Below are positions 60,192 to 64,000 of a DNA stretch of 64,000 nt, in pieces. The position numbers and the translations under genes are program-made. The stretch comes from Podarcis pityusensis (Eukaryota). Where the stretch lies: assembly GCA_964106645.2 (NCBI GenBank), contig OZ067039.1, one strand, 5' to 3'. The first letter of the stretch is position 1. Every line of letters begins with the position of its first letter. The notes below the pieces were generated by a model, which worked only from the letters and a program-made list of their open reading frames with translations, did not search any database and was not told the DNA's origin.

Positions 60192-62835
60192 CACTGGCTT
60201 TGTTTTTGAAAACTCAAAGACTCCTTCAACTTGACTCACACTCTTCAGGATGCCCTCATTTCCCTCCTGAAGTGATGGACTCTTTTTTACATTCCACTGG
60301 TTCAGCTTCAGATTGCAACCGCTTCTATGGATTGCTCACTGTATTTGTTCCAATACAGAAGTGGCATAAAAATAACACATACTTTCCCCATCTCCATATC
60401 CCAGTGCCCACCAATCTGGAATTGTGCTGGAAGCAACACCCATATGCCACTCACAGTTGGAGGCAGCCAGTTTTCACAGATCGAGCTGGGATATCTTCAC
60501 CTCATCATGACCCCAACATGCCAGAAGTGGAAAGAACCAGGCAGCACCCAAGTCCTGAGCAAGAGTGTTTGTATGTCTCGAGTCCTGAGGCAGAGAAGAG
60601 TTAGCAATATACAGTACTCAAGGTCCTCTTTGTGTTCTGAAGTCAGGTTGCTTTGAACACGGCACCCTCTTTGTGTGTCTATTTCCCATCACCACAGTTC
60701 TTCATTGGGAACTTGATAAGTGTGCATGACCTACTCAAAATATTACTAAAATTGGCAGTAGCAAAAAGAAAACATTTAACTTTTACATATCTGGATTGGC
60801 CTGCACAAACAAAAATATTTAAAGCAGGTGCAGAAAAGGATATTGCAAAGGCGCTTGATTGATGTCAGTAGACAGGGAGCTCCAAAGTGTAGTGACTCAC
60901 TAAAAGATTGATTCTCCTATTACAGGTGCCCTACCAGTAGATCTTTCTCTGTGGGCTTCTATAAAGGTGGTGGTGTGCTGTGACTAGAGCGCTAGGTTAA
61001 CACCATATCCTCGGCTCTTTTGCAGGATTTTCCCATTGCCGTGGCGATAATAGTGCACAGTTGGGCCATCCCTATGTGCCATGGTCTCCACCACTATTGC
61101 ACTTCCCCCAGCCTGACAAACATCTTGGTGGAGCCTGGTTGTGATTTGTAGGCCAGCATGCAGAGGCCACCCTCTGTGCATGTCATTGTTCCTGTGTAAA
61201 TCAATGTCTGACCATAAACAGCTGGAAGCTGCCCAGATCAGTGCTAAAATTCAGCATGCAGGGGTGGCAGGAAGGGCAGGCTTTGGGAAAATCTAGCAGG
61301 GGACAGTGCTTTTTAAAAAAAGAAACCAGTGTTATCTGGTATGGCGTACCATGACTTATTTATGTGTCTTGGCATGGTAGCCATTTAGTGTTGGCACCCA
61401 AGACACTTTTATCAAGATAGGAATAATGGGACCTTTTAGCCAAAAAATGGGGGGGGAAACACATGGGGGATATGGAACATGGTGGCAGGAGAAATATGGG
61501 AGACACACAATGGCCACATGCATCCCACATATGCCTTAGGGGAAGCTATAATGACGGGGGTATAGACACTGCATGTCAAGTTATCCACAGCTTGTTCCCT
61601 GTTAATTTACAGAACCATAGATCCCCCTGCTTATGAAGCAACCAGGTAAATTATTTTCTGCTGCTCCTGTTTTATGAGCAGTCGGGTCAGGGGGGGAGAA
61701 AGGGGGCAGGTGTTGGATTCCTTAGACCTGGCAGTGCCCCTCCTTGTCCTGCAGCCCACAAACAAAGGCCCCTTGTTCTGCTGGCTTCATAAAAGAGAGA
61801 GAAATCTACCTCTCCAAGGGCGTGCTAAGGCAGCCGGTTAAGCAAACACACAGGGAAATGGGGATCAGGGTCATGGTCTCATTTCCTGTCCCCCTAGGCT
61901 GAGGAAGTTGCTAAGGGGTGGGTGGGTGGAGTGGTGTCCACTAAAACAAGGATGACACAGGTCCTGAACTGCTGGCCCTGGGCTTGTTCTTCCTCAAGCC
62001 TGAAGAGGGTCTCCCCGGGGCCTTGGCAGTCTTTTATCACCTGAAGTTTTTTTCTTGGATACTGATACCTCAGAACTGAACCCTAAAAAGGGTAACTGAG
62101 GGGGACATGTTTGAGAGAAAGAGTTATAATGCTCAAGGATAAGTGAATGGTTTCTTGGGGCTGCTTAGGGATAATCTGCTTCACACTCAAATTCTGTCAG
62201 CTGGCTAAACTTCACGACAGATTTTGAACTGGTAGTAGTAGGTAGGTAGGCCAGACTGAAAAGGATGAGTTGTTTTCTCGGTGCTTTTAGGTTGACTGCT
62301 TTTGGTATATGTCTTGTGTGCTTTTGTTATTTGAAGAACTTGCCCCAGATAAGAAATTTACCTCAGAATCCCCCCTTGAGTTCCAGGTTGTTCCTTTTTT
62401 AAAGAGGGAATAATTTTTGCACTCACTGAACAGGCCAAAGGCTTTCTGTGGAAACCACCTTGAATGGGTGTCTTCTCTCATGGCTAAGAATTGAAACCTT
62501 TAAAACACACAGAGAGAAAACCTACATAGGCTGAAAACAGCAGCTTCTTATGGAGTTGTTGCTATCTGGCATCAGAAAGGTAAGTCCTACAGAAAGGAAG
62601 CTAGGAAAGAAACCCTATTTGGGTATTCTTCTAACATGGATTTTCATGCAGATTCTCATATATTTCTGTATTTTCTTCATTTTTATGTATTATGGTGCTT
62701 CTAGCAATTTTATGCTTGCACGTACACACACGCACTCCAACTCCAACTCAGGTAGGCCAAAGGTCTGAAGTGGAGACCCTCTTATTGTGGAGGCTCCCCA
62801 CATGATTTAGCACCCTGTGTTATTGGGGCTCTATG

Positions 62836-63276
62836 TAGTGTTGCTACCCATCCCTAGAAAAGTGTCCACTGTCCCATTTGGACTTCAAACAGGATACCTT
62901 TCTCCCCATATTCGAACTCCTCCTCCTCAAAACACTGGGCAGAGGGTGGGGATGAGAGGGGGAGTTTCAGATAGAGAGTTTTTTCATGGGCAGGGGGTGA
63001 AGAGCAAGAGAAGAGATTTGCAGAGACCTCATCCATCCATCCATCCATCCATCTGTTGGAGAGCAGGGGAGATTGGGAAAGAGAGTTTTTGCGTGGACAG
63101 AGATTGGTGGATCAGAGAGCGTGAGTGGGGTTTTGTAAACAGTGTACCTTTGTACAGTAATGGATTGCTTTGAAGTCATTTATGCATCAGGTAAAGTAAT
63201 TTTTAGGCCCCCTCCATTCTACCTGTATTTTGTCTGACCTGTCCTTTATTTTGCCTGACCAAAGGCGGCAACCCTA
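62836..63276. mobile_element. hAT-type non-autonomous element (TAGGGTTGCC family)
   Basis: Ends TAGTGTTGCTACC / GGCGGCAACCCTA; 8-bp TSD GCTCTATG (62828-62835) / GCTCTAAG (63277-63284); internal (TCCA)n. Confidence 0.7.
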
Positions 63277-64000
63277 GCTCTAAGTCACTTGGGGACCCTC
63301 CACACACAAAGGAGGCTCCTGTCGTCAGAGCTTTGCCTTGCTTTGAGTTGGAGGGTGATGAGGGGTGGAGTTCGAGGCAGAGGGCCCAAATAGAGTCACA
63401 CAGCAAGAGGGGCTAAGGGGGCATTTTCTGACCAAATGTTGTGTGTGTGAGAGAGAGTGGGATGGGGGGGGGGGGAGCACTGCTGCACTAAAAACTAATG
63501 ACAAGAGCAGAACTGCCTTGAATTTTATCCTCCTCAATGTTACTCTGGAAGGTAATCTCAAAGCAGATCCTTCCTATCTAAATTGGCAGCATTTGACAGA
63601 TCAACACTCTGACATAAGGCTCACTTTGGGAGCTGTGATGGCTGAAATAATAGTAAGCTAGCAATGGACAAGTCATTTTGCATAGTCTTGTGCAAGGAGC
63701 ACATTTGTAGTAACGGTTCCCCCTCTAGTGGCAGAAAGTCACATTGTTACTTGAGGTTAAGGAAGAGAACATGCTGTACGTTTGTCCTGCCCTCAATACA
63801 GGTCTCTTGTCTCTGTCTCAACTGTGGGGACATGATGCAGACGACTTTTGTGGTTTCTAGAAGACATTTTATTATGATTGGGAAGGCAAATGAATTCAAA
63901 GCTCTCTGCACTGGTCAACGTATGAGATACTGAATGTCTTTATGCTTGGGTTTCCTAAGCAGCAATATCTTGTGGGGATCCCAGTCAGCTGTTCCATCTC

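Larger units (their letters stand above)
57194..60212 (+). other. SEMA3F: Probable SEMA3F 3' UTR (~3.0 kb; 3' end approximate)
   Basis: Follows the stop codon. The best poly(A) context is at 60186 (several upstream TGTA motifs, downstream GT/T-rich tract). Other AATAAA hexamers occur at ~58793 and ~59602. Confidence 0.6.

Noticed and set aside
63173-63287. AAGTCA and TGACC motifs as a nuclear-receptor cluster
   Set aside because: They fall inside or on the TSD of the hAT element at 62836-63276, so they are not independent evidence

Overview
Vertebrate genomic DNA, most likely from a squamate reptile: three Sauria-type SINEs point to a lizard, probably a lacertid (inference). The window holds most of one protein-coding gene on the + strand, semaphorin-3F (SEMA3F). 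I could trace 17 coding exons from 20638 to the stop at 57193 (exons 3-19 in human-style numbering). All have GT-AG boundaries and compatible phases, and they splice into 2267 nt of open frame covering the Sema, PSI and Ig domains and the basic tail. The signal-peptide exon was not found and probably lies upstream of the window. A 3' UTR of about 3 kb probably ends at AATAAA 60186. The rest is intron and flank containing SINEs, CR1/L1/Penelope fragments, several non-autonomous DNA transposons (Tc1/mariner, Tc2-like, hAT, PIF/Harbinger) and microsatellites. Almost all ORFs in the supplied track are chance frames or exon read-throughs. I found no new gene system. The best leads are regulatory: the SEMA3F-specific cassette exon with a flanking QKI/RBFOX motif cluster and a second in-frame acceptor, a candidate poison microexon, a FOX:ETS/AP-1 enhancer-like motif, and nested transposon insertions whose order can be read from target-site duplications.
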